A DNA stretch of 38,657 nucleotides from Candidatus Moranbacteria bacterium GW2011_GWC2_37_8 (GCA_000992165.1 LBTS01000026.1:1-38657), one strand, 5' to 3'. Counted from the first letter of the stretch, positions 25,603 to 34,500 are shown. A program made the numbers and translations. The notes: generated by a model not told the origin, from the sequence alone.

Positions 25603-26238
25603 TTATCGAGAGTATGATTCAACAACCATTTGTGGATCAACATGGATTCCAACATCTTCCCTGCTTGGAAGAGCAACAATCTTTCCTTCCATCTTAGACT
25701 GATCAAACTGAATCCAACGTGGGAAATCTTTCTTAGCTGTTAGCGTTTGAGTCTGAAGTTTGAAATATGCATTGTCTTTCTTTGATTCTTTAATTGCAAC
25801 CACGTCTCCAACTTTCATTCCACAAGATGGGATAGTAAGTTTCTTTCCATTAACCAAGAATGCTCCGTGAGTCACAAGTTGTCGAGCTTGAATCGGTGAT
25901 TGCGCAAATCCCATCTTACGAACTACATTATCTAAACGAAGTTCCAATCTGGTCATAAGCAAATCTCCGGTCACACCTTGCTTGTTCTCGATTTCCTCAT
26001 AGTGTTTGCGAAATTGTTTCTCCAAAACTCCGTACATTCGTTTGATGCGTTGCTTCATTGCAAGCTGTTTACCGAACTCACTAAGTCCTCGAGAAATACT
26101 TTTTCCATGAACTCCTGGAGCGTATGGACGACGAGTAATAGCACATTTAGCGCTATTGCATCTATCCCCTTTCAGGAAAAGTTTTTCTTGCGCCCTGCGG
26201 CATCGTTTACATTTTGATCCTAATAAATCTCTAGCCAT
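25603..26238 (-). CDS. rpsD: 30S ribosomal protein S4 (Zn-binding type)
   Basis: CKRCRR..C..KC, PGVHG, LELRLDNVV. Confidence 0.98.
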   Translation of the reverse strand: MARDLLGSKCKRCRRAQEKLFLKGDRCNSAKCAITRRPYAPGVHGKSISRGLSEFGKQLAMKQRIKRMYGVLEKQFRKHYEEIENKQGVTGDLLMTRLELRLDNVVRKMGFAQSPIQARQLVTHGAFLVNGKKLTIPSCGMKVGDVVAIKESKKDNAYFKLQTQTLTAKKDFPRWIQFDQSKMEGKIVALPSREDVGIHVDPQMVVESYSR

Positions 26239-26251
26239 AAAAATCAGATTA

Positions 26252-26345
26252 TTAGCTTCTTAGCTTTTCAGCTTTTCAGCTACTTTTAAAAAAATATTAC
26301 ATTTGTTACACCTAAACAGCTAATAAGCTAATGCCTAAGAAGCTA
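26252..26345. repeat. 8-mer inverted tandem-repeat cassette
   Basis: TTAGCTTCTTAGCTTTTCAGCTTTTCAGCT ... CCTAAACAGCTAATAAGCTAATGCCTAAGAAGCTA. Confidence 0.9.
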
Positions 26346-26348
26346 TTA

Positions 26349-26822
26349 TTATACACGACGTGGTTTCTTTGGACGACATCCATTGTGTGGAATAGGAGTA
26401 ACGTCTTTGATCGCAGTAAGCTCAAAGCCTTTATTAGCCAATGATCGAATCGATGATTCTCGACCGGAGCCAACTCCTCTTACAAACACATCCAATTCTT
26501 GTACACCAAATTTTTTCACCTTTTCGCTAACATCATGAACTACCTGAGTTGCAGCATAAGGTGTAGCCTTCTTAGCACCCTTGAATCCTAAAAGTCCGGA
26601 ACTAGACCATGCCAACATTGCACCATTTGCATCAGAAATCATAACCATGGTGTTGTTGTATGTGCATTTAATATGGGCTTGACCCTTATTAATTTGTCTT
26701 TTCAATTTCTTCTTCTTTTTCTTCACATCCCCTTCAACAGCAACAGCTGCAGGAGCTTCTCCTCCAGTTTCTAGAGCAACTTGCTCCATTATTTCTTCAG
26801 TTGTTTTAATTTCCTCTGCCAT
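26349..26822 (-). CDS. rpsK: 30S ribosomal protein S11 with N-terminal extension
   Basis: GFKGAKKATPYAA, GVGSGRES, DVTPIPHNGCRP. Confidence 0.98.
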   Translation of the reverse strand: MAEEIKTTEEIMEQVALETGGEAPAAVAVEGDVKKKKKKLKRQINKGQAHIKCTYNNTMVMISDANGAMLAWSSSGLLGFKGAKKATPYAATQVVHDVSEKVKKFGVQELDVFVRGVGSGRESSIRSLANKGFELTAIKDVTPIPHNGCRPKKPRRV

Positions 26823-26832
26823 AATTATAATT

Positions 26833-26927
26833 CTAGCTTTTTAGCTTTTTAGGCTTTTAGCTTTTTAGATTTGATTGATTACTTTCCGCATTTTAGGACT
26901 AAAGCTAACAAGCTAGTGCCTAAGAAG
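26833..26927. repeat. 8-mer inverted tandem-repeat cassette
   Basis: CTAGCTTTTTAGCTTTTTAGGCTTTTAGCTTTTTAG ... CTAAAGCTAACAAGCTAGTGCCTAAGAAG. Confidence 0.9.
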
Positions 26928-26933
26928 TTTTTA

Positions 26934-27320
26934 CTAGGTTTTTGATTCAGATCGTCTTCCGCTTCCCATAGTTCTTCGCACGTTTCCACGAACTGTTCGA
27001 CTGTTTGTCTTTGTTCGTTGTCCGTTAACCGGTAATCCTTTCTGGTGACGAGTTCCGCGATAGCTACCAATTTCTTTCAAGCGTTTGATGTTCATCTTAA
27101 CTTCATGCTTAAGCTCACCTTCAACTTTGTGCTTCTTTTCAATTTCATCACGAAGCTTGTTGGCGTCATCAGACGACAAATCTTTTGTGCGAGTATTTGG
27201 ATCGATACCAAGTAGTCCCAAAAGTTTGCGACTAGTTGAAGGCCCAATACCGAAAACGTAAGTTAGGGCAATTTCGATTCTTTTTTCATCAGGAAGGTTG
27301 ATTCCAGCAATACGTACCAT
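26934..27320 (-). CDS. rpsM: 30S ribosomal protein S13
   Basis: [29 protein letters not shown]. Confidence 0.98.
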   Translation of the reverse strand: MVRIAGINLPDEKRIEIALTYVFGIGPSTSRKLLGLLGIDPNTRTKDLSSDDANKLRDEIEKKHKVEGELKHEVKMNIKRLKEIGSYRGTRHQKGLPVNGQRTKTNSRTVRGNVRRTMGSGRRSESKT

Positions 27321-27404
27321 AAATTTTATAAGTATCTATTTAATCACTAATTATATTTGCTAGCAGTCCAGTACATGTTCTTTGCTGCTGCAGTAACAAA
27401 TCTC

Positions 27405-27518
27405 TTAACCTTGTCGTTGTTTGTGCTTAGGTGTGGAACAAATTACATAAACTTTTCCACGTCTCTTCACGATTTTACACTTGGCACAAATCTTTTTTAC
27501 TGATGCTCTTACTTTCAT
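27405..27518 (-). CDS. rpmJ: 50S ribosomal protein L36 (Zn-ribbon type; not in the ORF track)
   Basis: Manual translation [37 protein letters not shown]; lies between infA and rpsM. Confidence 0.97.
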   Translation of the reverse strand: MKVRASVKKICAKCKIVKRRGKVYVICSTPKHKQRQG

Positions 27519-27534
27519 AATGTTTTCCTACACT

Positions 27535-27605
27535 CCACTTATAACTTTTTCTCCAAATTACTTTGGTAATTTGTCATTAGTTGTGAGTCTTTAGTTATTA
27601 GTTAT
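27535..27605. repeat. degenerate 7-mer cassette (TAGTT(G/A)T) with a central hairpin
   Basis: tagttgt gagtctt tagttat tagttat at 27578-27605; CAAATTAC-TTTG-GTAATTTG hairpin. Confidence 0.55.
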
Positions 27606-27830
27606 TTACATGCGTTGTGTAACGCGTCCTTTTGTTAAATCATATGGACTCATTTCCATAAGTACTCTGTCGCCCGGCAAAAGTCGAATATAATTCACTC
27701 TCATTCTTCCAGAAATATGAGCCAGAACCTCGTGTCCATTGTCCAAACGCACTTTAAACGTTGTGCTTGGCAACGTTTCAATGATTGTTCCTTCTAATTT
27801 TATAAGTTCTTTTTCCTGTTTTGGTGCCAT
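27606..27830 (-). CDS. infA: translation initiation factor IF-1
   Basis: [29 protein letters not shown]. Confidence 0.98.
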   Translation of the reverse strand: MAPKQEKELIKLEGTIIETLPSTTFKVRLDNGHEVLAHISGRMRVNYIRLLPGDRVLMEMSPYDLTKGRVTQRM

Positions 27831-27853
27831 AATTTGCTTTACTTTTACAACAT

Positions 27854-27947
27854 AAAAATAGAGGGGGTTACTTGAGCAGCACTATCCTAATTCTTGAATT
27901 CAAATAGTATAAACCTCTACTCTTGACAGCTATTAAGTTTTGCTCAA
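27854..27947 (-). promoter_or_regulatory. structured 5' leader of the infA operon (candidate r-protein leader)
   Basis: Two crossing helices plus an internal hairpin between the promoter and the infA start. Confidence 0.45.
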
Positions 27948-27959
27948 AAACGTATAGCA

Positions 27960-27988
27960 ATCTTAACAAAGTATTGTTTTCTTGTCAA
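27960..27988 (-). promoter_or_regulatory. promoter of the infA-rpsI operon
   Basis: TTGACA-17 bp-TAAGAT with extended -10 TG. Confidence 0.75.
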
Positions 27989-28140
27989 CCCTAAGAAATC
28001 AGCCTGTGTCTTTTATAGTGTAACTTTCCTACCTCGACTCGCAAAGACGATTATTCGTCAACACAAGGCGAGTAGCTCACGCGCCCATAATTCGCACATA
28101 ATTCAGTCTATACCAAAAGAAAAAACAAGAAAAAAAGGCT

Positions 28141-28338
28141 CTAGTTGGTCTCATTTTGAACTTCAACCGAAACTCTTGATGAATATTGAGGGATTCTAGT
28201 GATAAAACTTGGGGTAAATTCGACATTTGCGCTCTTTATTGAATCATATTTCCTCAATATATCAGCTAATTGGTCATCACTTTTACCCAATAACTCTTTC
28301 TTTACTTGAGGTAAGTTAATGAGCGGTGTGGATATCAC
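28141..28338 (-). pseudogene. probable C-terminal fragment of the baseplate-J-like gene (frameshifted)
   Basis: 4-nt overlap with the upstream stop; KKELLGKS...FTPSFITRIP..SSRVSV reads as the family's usual C-terminal domain (inferred). Confidence 0.55.
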
Positions 28339-29990
28339 GTTTCTTCAAAATTTGGCTCTGCACTGCCATAATCAATTTTGGAAATTTCAGTTTTTACGGA
28401 GTTTAATTGCGAATCAATTTTTAATGAATCAATTACCACATTTTTCACATCATTTTCAGAAAAAACCAGCGTCTTGATGGAACCCGTCACTATCCAGTCA
28501 AATGAATCAGTCCTAGAACCAAGTTTAGCGGAAGATGACGATTTAGTAATGGTAATTTTTTCAGCTTGATTCAATACCATTTCGTCTGAAACAAGCTGCT
28601 GCTTCATAACGTCTTTCATTTTCTCCTTAAAGGCATCTTCAGCTTTCTGTTTTGCACCATCCAAATCTTGCTGGGTAATAGTTCCGGGACTCACTATTTG
28701 AGCATCACCAGATCCTCCCGCAGTTGCGGAATCCGAACTTGCATAAAATTTCTCGAATTTGGGCCCGCCAGCAAATCCTGGAATTGTAAATTTAGTCGCG
28801 TCAATATTATATTCATCGCCGGCATTATCAGCAGTAATTTCAGCTTGAATAACGCCTGGCTTCAATTGTCCTCCAATATTTGAATATCCAGGCACCACTA
28901 CATTCTTGATGAGCCTAAATATTTTTCCGTCTGTTGTCTCTAAGCGTGTTGTAGCAATAAGTGTTTGAGGTTCTGGACTAAATTCATTATAAATAACCAC
29001 TGTGCCACGAGCTTTTTTGCCTGATGATTCGCCCATTCCTTTTACTTCAAATGGCAACGAAAATTGCTCTTCCTTTTCAATACTTCTTAGTAGAATAACC
29101 GAATCGTCTTCACTTATGGCGCCGACTGCCTTAATTTCCATATCTATTTTCTTTTTAGATATATCTGACTTGATTATGATTTTAGCGCTAGGAATAAACA
29201 GATACCCACCCACTCCAAGAAATACTAGCGCGCATGTCATCAGAAAAGCTAGGAAAACTTTTTTAATTTTTCCACCCCCAATACTCTTAGATTGAGTTTG
29301 AGCAGATTCTGAATTATTAGACCTTGCTGAATACATTTTTTCAAGAGTTTCTGCTTTATAGGGGTCAAGTTGATTTTTATATAAATTTTTATTTGCGGCG
29401 CTACTTCCCGATGTCGCACGCCTTACATTATCTTGTTTGATTGCAACCTCTTTTCGCAGGTTCGATTTAACTTTATTAAGAACAATCTTTTCTGGTTTTT
29501 CTTTCCTATCTGAAGCGCGACTAACTGGCGCAGTTTTAGCAGCTTTCAAATTATTCGCTGGCAATTCTTTCAGATCTCGACGCAGACCAGATTGATAATA
29601 TTCCCCAGAACCAATATTACTAAGTCTTGCCTGCTTATCATTTCTAGAATCCATCACTTTTTCAAATTCAATATCTCTTGTTTGCTCACCTTCCTCATTT
29701 TCTTGGTCATTATAAACATCTAAAGACGAGTCGAGGCCTTCCAATGAAGTGCAAGCTTCTATACCACTTCTCTCAGCCATTGAAATTGCAATTTCGTCTT
29801 GAGTTACAATTATCACACGCTTTGAAATTTTATCTGCTTCTCTTTTTAGAATTTTCAAATTCACAATGCTCTGCAAAAAGAGTGCTCTTTTAGGCACAAC
29901 AAAATAATTATCGCTAGACATTGATTTATTAAGCCTATCAATGACTGAGGAAATTTCTTCGTCAACATCAATATAAAATGTTTGATGCAT
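28335..29990 (-). CDS. membrane-anchored protein with a baseplate J/gp47-like extracytoplasmic domain
   Basis: N-terminal YIDVDEEISSVIDRL domain, disordered linker, single TM helix, KARGTVVIYN..TRLETTDGKIF..V.PG..ITADNAGDEYNI..GG pattern. Confidence 0.65.
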   Translation of the reverse strand: MHQTFYIDVDEEISSVIDRLNKSMSSDNYFVVPKRALFLQSIVNLKILKREADKISKRVIIVTQDEIAISMAERSGIEACTSLEGLDSSLDVYNDQENEEGEQTRDIEFEKVMDSRNDKQARLSNIGSGEYYQSGLRRDLKELPANNLKAAKTAPVSRASDRKEKPEKIVLNKVKSNLRKEVAIKQDNVRRATSGSSAANKNLYKNQLDPYKAETLEKMYSARSNNSESAQTQSKSIGGGKIKKVFLAFLMTCALVFLGVGGYLFIPSAKIIIKSDISKKKIDMEIKAVGAISEDDSVILLRSIEKEEQFSLPFEVKGMGESSGKKARGTVVIYNEFSPEPQTLIATTRLETTDGKIFRLIKNVVVPGYSNIGGQLKPGVIQAEITADNAGDEYNIDATKFTIPGFAGGPKFEKFYASSDSATAGGSGDAQIVSPGTITQQDLDGAKQKAEDAFKEKMKDVMKQQLVSDEMVLNQAEKITITKSSSSAKLGSRTDSFDWIVTGSIKTLVFSENDVKNVVIDSLKIDSQLNSVKTEISKIDYGSAEPNFEET

Positions 29991-29996
29991 ACAATC

Positions 29997-30068
29997 AGGT
30001 TTTAGCTTTTTAGCTTTTTAGCTTTTTAGAATTCCTAAGAAGCTGAGAAGCTAATGCCTAATTAGCTA
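29997..30068. repeat. 8-mer inverted tandem-repeat cassette (minimal spacer)
   Basis: AGGTTT(TAGCTTTT)3TA-GAATTC-CTAAGAAGCTGAGAAGCTAATGCCTAATTAGCTA. Confidence 0.9.
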
Positions 30069-30072
30069 TTTA

Positions 30073-31332
30073 TTAATCTTGCATTGTTTGCAGTACTCTA
30101 CGTAAGATTCCCGACATAACCTTTTCTTCCCCTGTCACATCTAAAACCAAATTAGCCAAGCCCATTGGTGTGACATCCTGTGGATTTTTTAATTCATCAG
30201 TATGATCTATTATTCTGACAACATCTTGGGGTTGCAAAAAGCTAACAACAGGCGCTTTGGCAAAAGGAAGACTTTTCACCCATTCAGAAGAAAGAAGTGC
30301 TTTTTTTATACCAGGTAAACCACTTCCACCGCCGCAAAGCAAAATTTTTGATGGCAAGACATCACTACCCGCAAATTCAGCCAATGAAAGTTCCACGCCA
30401 CTAAGCCAAACAGCGCAGTCACTTTGCAAAATCTGTTCAATCTTTGAACTCACATCTTCGCCTAATTTTCCTTCGGAATATTTTATTTTCAGTTCTTCAG
30501 CCTCATCCATTTCAATACGAAGTTCCTGCGCAAGTTTTTTCGTGAAAGCGCGGCCACCAAAGGCGAACATCTTAGTACCTTCTAATCCTCCATTTCTAAC
30601 TACAGCAATATCAGTCGTGCCACCTCCTATATCTATAAATATTGCATTGAAATCCAAAGCATCATCATAATCTATACTGCGAGCAACAGCGTACGGTTCA
30701 GCAGCGATACTGAGCAGATCTATATTAAGTTCATCTGCAATTGCCTGAAGTGCGCCTAAGTGAATCATTGGCGCATAGGCGTTGAATATGCTGACTGACA
30801 CATCTTTACCTTGAAATCCAATAGGATTAGTAACTTGATAACCATCAATTCGCACATCAACAATTGCAGCATTAATAAGTTTCACATCAATATCCTGACC
30901 CGTCTCCCATTCAATTTGTTGCTGAATTCTCTCGTAAGCTTTCATTTGAACCTTTTGAATAATACTCTTAAGTTCAGGGAAATCAATCCTGGAATCAGGA
31001 TTACCTCTTTCGTAATGTACTGTTGTAGTAGTGCCCTTAACTAGTTCACCTGCAATTCCAACGATAGCTTTTTTAACTTTTTTAATACCAGCATTTGCCA
31101 ATGCCTTACTGATTGATATCTTACAAGTTTCTATAACACCTGAAATATCCGAGACTGCGCCGCTTTGCATGTTCCCTTTTTTTTGCGACTCTTTTCCGAC
31201 ACCGATAACCACGCCAGTTTTTTCCTCGCCATCAATTTGAAAAACCAAAGCTTTTGCAACTTCAGTACCGATATCCAAAGCTAAATAAAATTCAGCATTT
31301 GATTTAGAAAATATTTTGGAAAAAATAGACAT
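30073..31332 (-). CDS. FtsA-like actin-fold ATPase (no adjacent ftsZ)
   Basis: LALDIGTE, AEPYA, FIDIGGGTTDIA and LLCGGGS motifs; start taken at MSIF because the track's longer start lies in repeats. Confidence 0.85.
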   Translation of the reverse strand: MSIFSKIFSKSNAEFYLALDIGTEVAKALVFQIDGEEKTGVVIGVGKESQKKGNMQSGAVSDISGVIETCKISISKALANAGIKKVKKAIVGIAGELVKGTTTTVHYERGNPDSRIDFPELKSIIQKVQMKAYERIQQQIEWETGQDIDVKLINAAIVDVRIDGYQVTNPIGFQGKDVSVSIFNAYAPMIHLGALQAIADELNIDLLSIAAEPYAVARSIDYDDALDFNAIFIDIGGGTTDIAVVRNGGLEGTKMFAFGGRAFTKKLAQELRIEMDEAEELKIKYSEGKLGEDVSSKIEQILQSDCAVWLSGVELSLAEFAGSDVLPSKILLCGGGSGLPGIKKALLSSEWVKSLPFAKAPVVSFLQPQDVVRIIDHTDELKNPQDVTPMGLANLVLDVTGEEKVMSGILRRVLQTMQD

Positions 31333-31340
31333 ACTAACAA

Positions 31341-31481
31341 AAATCTCAATGTCAAAATCCAAATTTCAAATAAACAATTCAAATTCAATTAACTGAATTG
31401 AGAATTTATGATTTTTAGATTTTATTTGTCCCCAAGGGGTAAGCTTGAAGCAAAACATTCGTCATTTAGATTTGGGTTTTT
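31341..31481. repeat. 7-mer inverted cassette (CAAATTT / ATTT(A/G)G type) with an internal insertion
   Basis: aaatct caatgt caaaatc caaattt caaat ... ttttagattttatttgtc[insert]atttagatttgg. Confidence 0.6.
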
Positions 31482-31500
31482 AAAAACGATTTACATATAA

Positions 31501-32508
31501 TCAGCAAATTGATTTCACAATAACATTATCCGCCAATATTTCAATCTCTTTTTCATCCAAAAGTCCTTTCTGTCCTCCGTATTCAGTAACCGAATTCGAA
31601 CTATTTGCAATTCCCCATTTTAAACATGTTTCCAAATTGTGACGTTTAATGAAGGATGCAAAAAATCCGCTCGTGAACGCATCTCCCGCTCCAGTAGTAT
31701 CAACGGCTCTTTGCATAATGGCTTTAGCATGCATCATAACATTTCCATCATACGCCCAAGCGCCTCTTTCTCCGTCCGTTATGGCAACCACTTCGGATCC
31801 TAATCTTCGCAAAACTTTCAATAAATATTCCTCACTTTCTAAAAGTTCTCTAACAGCAATTTCTCCGCATCCGGAAACTATTTCTATTGCTTCATCCTTA
31901 TTCACAAATAATATGTCGCAACTACCAATTGTATGCACAATTTTAAGTATATCCTCATGAATTGTCTTTTGTCGCGGATTAAAAGCAACGTGAATCTTTT
32001 TTTCCTTTACATACGAAAGTATGCCATCCAAGTTTTGCTGCCAATTCCCACTTAGGTCCCCAATAAAAAACCAATGCGGATATTTAATCAATCTTCCATC
32101 AAAGGCCATCCTTTGACTTGCCACATGACTGGAAAAAATAACTCTGTCTACGCAATTACTTTCAACCAAAATAGCTGACAAATCACTCTTGCAATCAGAT
32201 TCAATTTTTATATGTTCAATTCCAATGCCTGCATTTTGAACCTGCTTCAATATCCACTTGCCTGTCATATCGTCGCCAATAGTTGCATAGGATGAAACAT
32301 TTTCTCCAAGCTTTGCCAATCCTGCTGCGACATTAATGCTATTTCCTCCCAATGTCTCATGTCGATCTTCAATTGCATATTTTGCGCCCAATTCAAAAGC
32401 AATTTTTTTTTGCGAAAGAATATCATCGGGAGTTTCAATAAGCACACCCTCCTTGGTTGGAAAAAATATATCCTGGCAGGCGGAACCAATTGTGATTATT
32501 TTAGACAT
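31501..32508 (-). CDS. PfkB-family carbohydrate kinase
   Basis: GGNSINVAAGLAKLG, NKDEA, ITDGERG, VDTTGAGDAF. Confidence 0.93.
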   Translation of the reverse strand: MSKIITIGSACQDIFFPTKEGVLIETPDDILSQKKIAFELGAKYAIEDRHETLGGNSINVAAGLAKLGENVSSYATIGDDMTGKWILKQVQNAGIGIEHIKIESDCKSDLSAILVESNCVDRVIFSSHVASQRMAFDGRLIKYPHWFFIGDLSGNWQQNLDGILSYVKEKKIHVAFNPRQKTIHEDILKIVHTIGSCDILFVNKDEAIEIVSGCGEIAVRELLESEEYLLKVLRRLGSEVVAITDGERGAWAYDGNVMMHAKAIMQRAVDTTGAGDAFTSGFFASFIKRHNLETCLKWGIANSSNSVTEYGGQKGLLDEKEIEILADNVIVKSIC

Positions 32509-32520
32509 GTTATCTATTTT

Positions 32521-32544
32521 TATGTTTGTATGTTTGTATGTTTT
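32521..32544. repeat. 8-mer TATGTTTG tandem repeat
   Basis: tatgtttg tatgtttg tatgtttt between eno and the PfkB gene. Confidence 0.7.
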
Positions 32545-33845
32545 TATGCCTTGCTAATTTCTTTTTCAATCTTCATTAATCTGTTGTATTTGCAAAGTCG
32601 TTCTCCGCGTGAAAGTGAACCAGATTTAATAAATTCAGCTGCAGTTCCAGCCGCAAGATCAGCAATGAAATCATCAGTTGTTTCGCCGCTGCGATGAGAA
32701 ATCATAATTTTAAGATTATTTTTCTTTGCTAATCGGATGCAATTTAAGGTTTCAGTAAGACTACCGATTTGATTAACCTTAATAAGAACAGCATTGCAAG
32801 CCTTTTCCTTAATTGCACGCTCAACTCTTTTAACATTCGTTACCAATAAATCATCCCCAACTAACAAATTTTCATTCAAAACTTCTTTAGGCACTCCCAC
32901 AGCAATTGGTTTTTTTGCAATTTTTTCAGTCATTTGCGCCCAACCTTCCCAATCATCTTCAGCTAAACCATCCTCGATTGAAACTATATGATATTTATCA
33001 ATCCATTCTCGATAGATATTAACCAGCTGTTCGCGCTCCAACAAAACTCCTTCTGGCTTAAAGACGTAATTTTTTTCTTCTTCATCATAAAAACTACTGG
33101 CTGCCGCATCAATACCCAGGTTAACTTGAGTTCCAAGTTCATATCCACACTTCGAAATGGCCTGATTAATAAGCTCAAGCGCATGAGTATTACTTTCCAA
33201 TTTTGGTGAAAATCCACCTTCATCGCCAACACCACTGCTATGATTTGCTGCTTCCAGAATTTTTTTCAAAGTGTGAAAAATTTCACTTCCAGCCCTAAGT
33301 TGCTCAGCAAAACTCTTAATTCCAGTCGGAATAACTTTAAATTCCTGAATGCTTAATCCGCTATCGCTGTGCTTTCCCCCATTTAAAACATTAAACATCG
33401 GAACTGGAATTTTAGGATCAACATTTAATCCTGAAATTTCATTAATGTACTGATAAAGTGGAATTTTCTTGGATAGAGCCACGGCTCGACATATTGCCAA
33501 TGAAACTCCAAGAATTGCATTTGCTCCTAAGTTAGATTTGTTTTCTGTTCCATCCAATTCCAACATCAATTCATCAATTTCAAATTGTTTACTCGCATCC
33601 TTTCCAATCAAAAGTTCTCTGATTGAAGTATTGATATTATTTATCGCTTTCAAGACGCCCAACCCGCCATAACGCGATTCATCACCATCGCGAAGCTCCA
33701 AAGCTTCGAATTTTCCAGTTGAAGCCCCAGATGGTACAGCAGCAACAGCCCTTGTCCCATCACTCAAAACCACTTCTACTTCAACGGTAGGATTACCTCT
33801 TGAATCTAAAATCTCTCTTGCTTCTAATTCTGAAATCTTGAACAT
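32544..33845 (-). CDS. eno: enolase
   Basis: ILDSRGNPTVE, PSGASTG, GDEGGF, KVNQIGS, SHRSGET. Confidence 0.98.
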   Translation of the reverse strand: MFKISELEAREILDSRGNPTVEVEVVLSDGTRAVAAVPSGASTGKFEALELRDGDESRYGGLGVLKAINNINTSIRELLIGKDASKQFEIDELMLELDGTENKSNLGANAILGVSLAICRAVALSKKIPLYQYINEISGLNVDPKIPVPMFNVLNGGKHSDSGLSIQEFKVIPTGIKSFAEQLRAGSEIFHTLKKILEAANHSSGVGDEGGFSPKLESNTHALELINQAISKCGYELGTQVNLGIDAAASSFYDEEEKNYVFKPEGVLLEREQLVNIYREWIDKYHIVSIEDGLAEDDWEGWAQMTEKIAKKPIAVGVPKEVLNENLLVGDDLLVTNVKRVERAIKEKACNAVLIKVNQIGSLTETLNCIRLAKKNNLKIMISHRSGETTDDFIADLAAGTAAEFIKSGSLSRGERLCKYNRLMKIEKEISKA

Positions 33846-33888
33846 ATATTTTTACCTTATTGAATAAATTATAAACAAACCTATAGCA

Positions 33889-34500
33889 TCACATCCCCCT
33901 TATCCAAATAAATATTTGCTGCAACGGATTGATTGAAACGAGTACGATCAAAAGCAGCATGTAGTAAACGGTGAGATATTTAAGCGTTGTAAAATATTGA
34001 TGATGAGTTGAAAATTCTTGACCCAAATTTTTCTGCATAAACTTCCATGATGATAAAATAAATTTGCAATGGATTATTGCTATTACGGCAATCGACATTA
34101 TAAGCAGAATAAAAGCAGTTGAAATCTGACTTCCATATAAAAAGAAAGTTCCGAAGAAAAACAATGGCAAAATCCAAAAAGTTTCCTTATCCCAAAAATC
34201 ATCATCCCTATTAAAATTAACAAAACTTGAAAAGTACAAGTGTGGAATTGAAACAAAATTTATCACCAACCCAATAGAAAAAACCAAAACAGTTACCCAA
34301 CTATATACTCCAAAATAATTTCCCGGAGCCAACACATTAAGATTATTCAAAAGAATCAAAATAAATCCAATATACAGCAAAGTTTGAGAAAAATACAAAC
34401 CCACCAACGATCGCATACTTGTTCTTCTGAGCGTATACAATGGTTGCTGCTGCTCATTGCAAACATCTAAATTTCCATCCTTAAATTCAGGACTATTCAT
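33889..34500 (-). CDS. hypothetical membrane protein
   Basis: 203 aa with about five hydrophobic segments. Confidence 0.7.
   Translation of the reverse strand: MNSPEFKDGNLDVCNEQQQPLYTLRRTSMRSLVGLYFSQTLLYIGFILILLNNLNVLAPGNYFGVYSWVTVLVFSIGLVINFVSIPHLYFSSFVNFNRDDDFWDKETFWILPLFFFGTFFLYGSQISTAFILLIMSIAVIAIIHCKFILSSWKFMQKNLGQEFSTHHQYFTTLKYLTVYYMLLLIVLVSINPLQQIFIWIRGM

Noticed and set aside
1311..30068. CRISPR interpretation of the recurring repeats
   Set aside because: Units are 7-11-bp tandem and inverted arrays dispersed between genes; there is no regular repeat-spacer array and no cas gene
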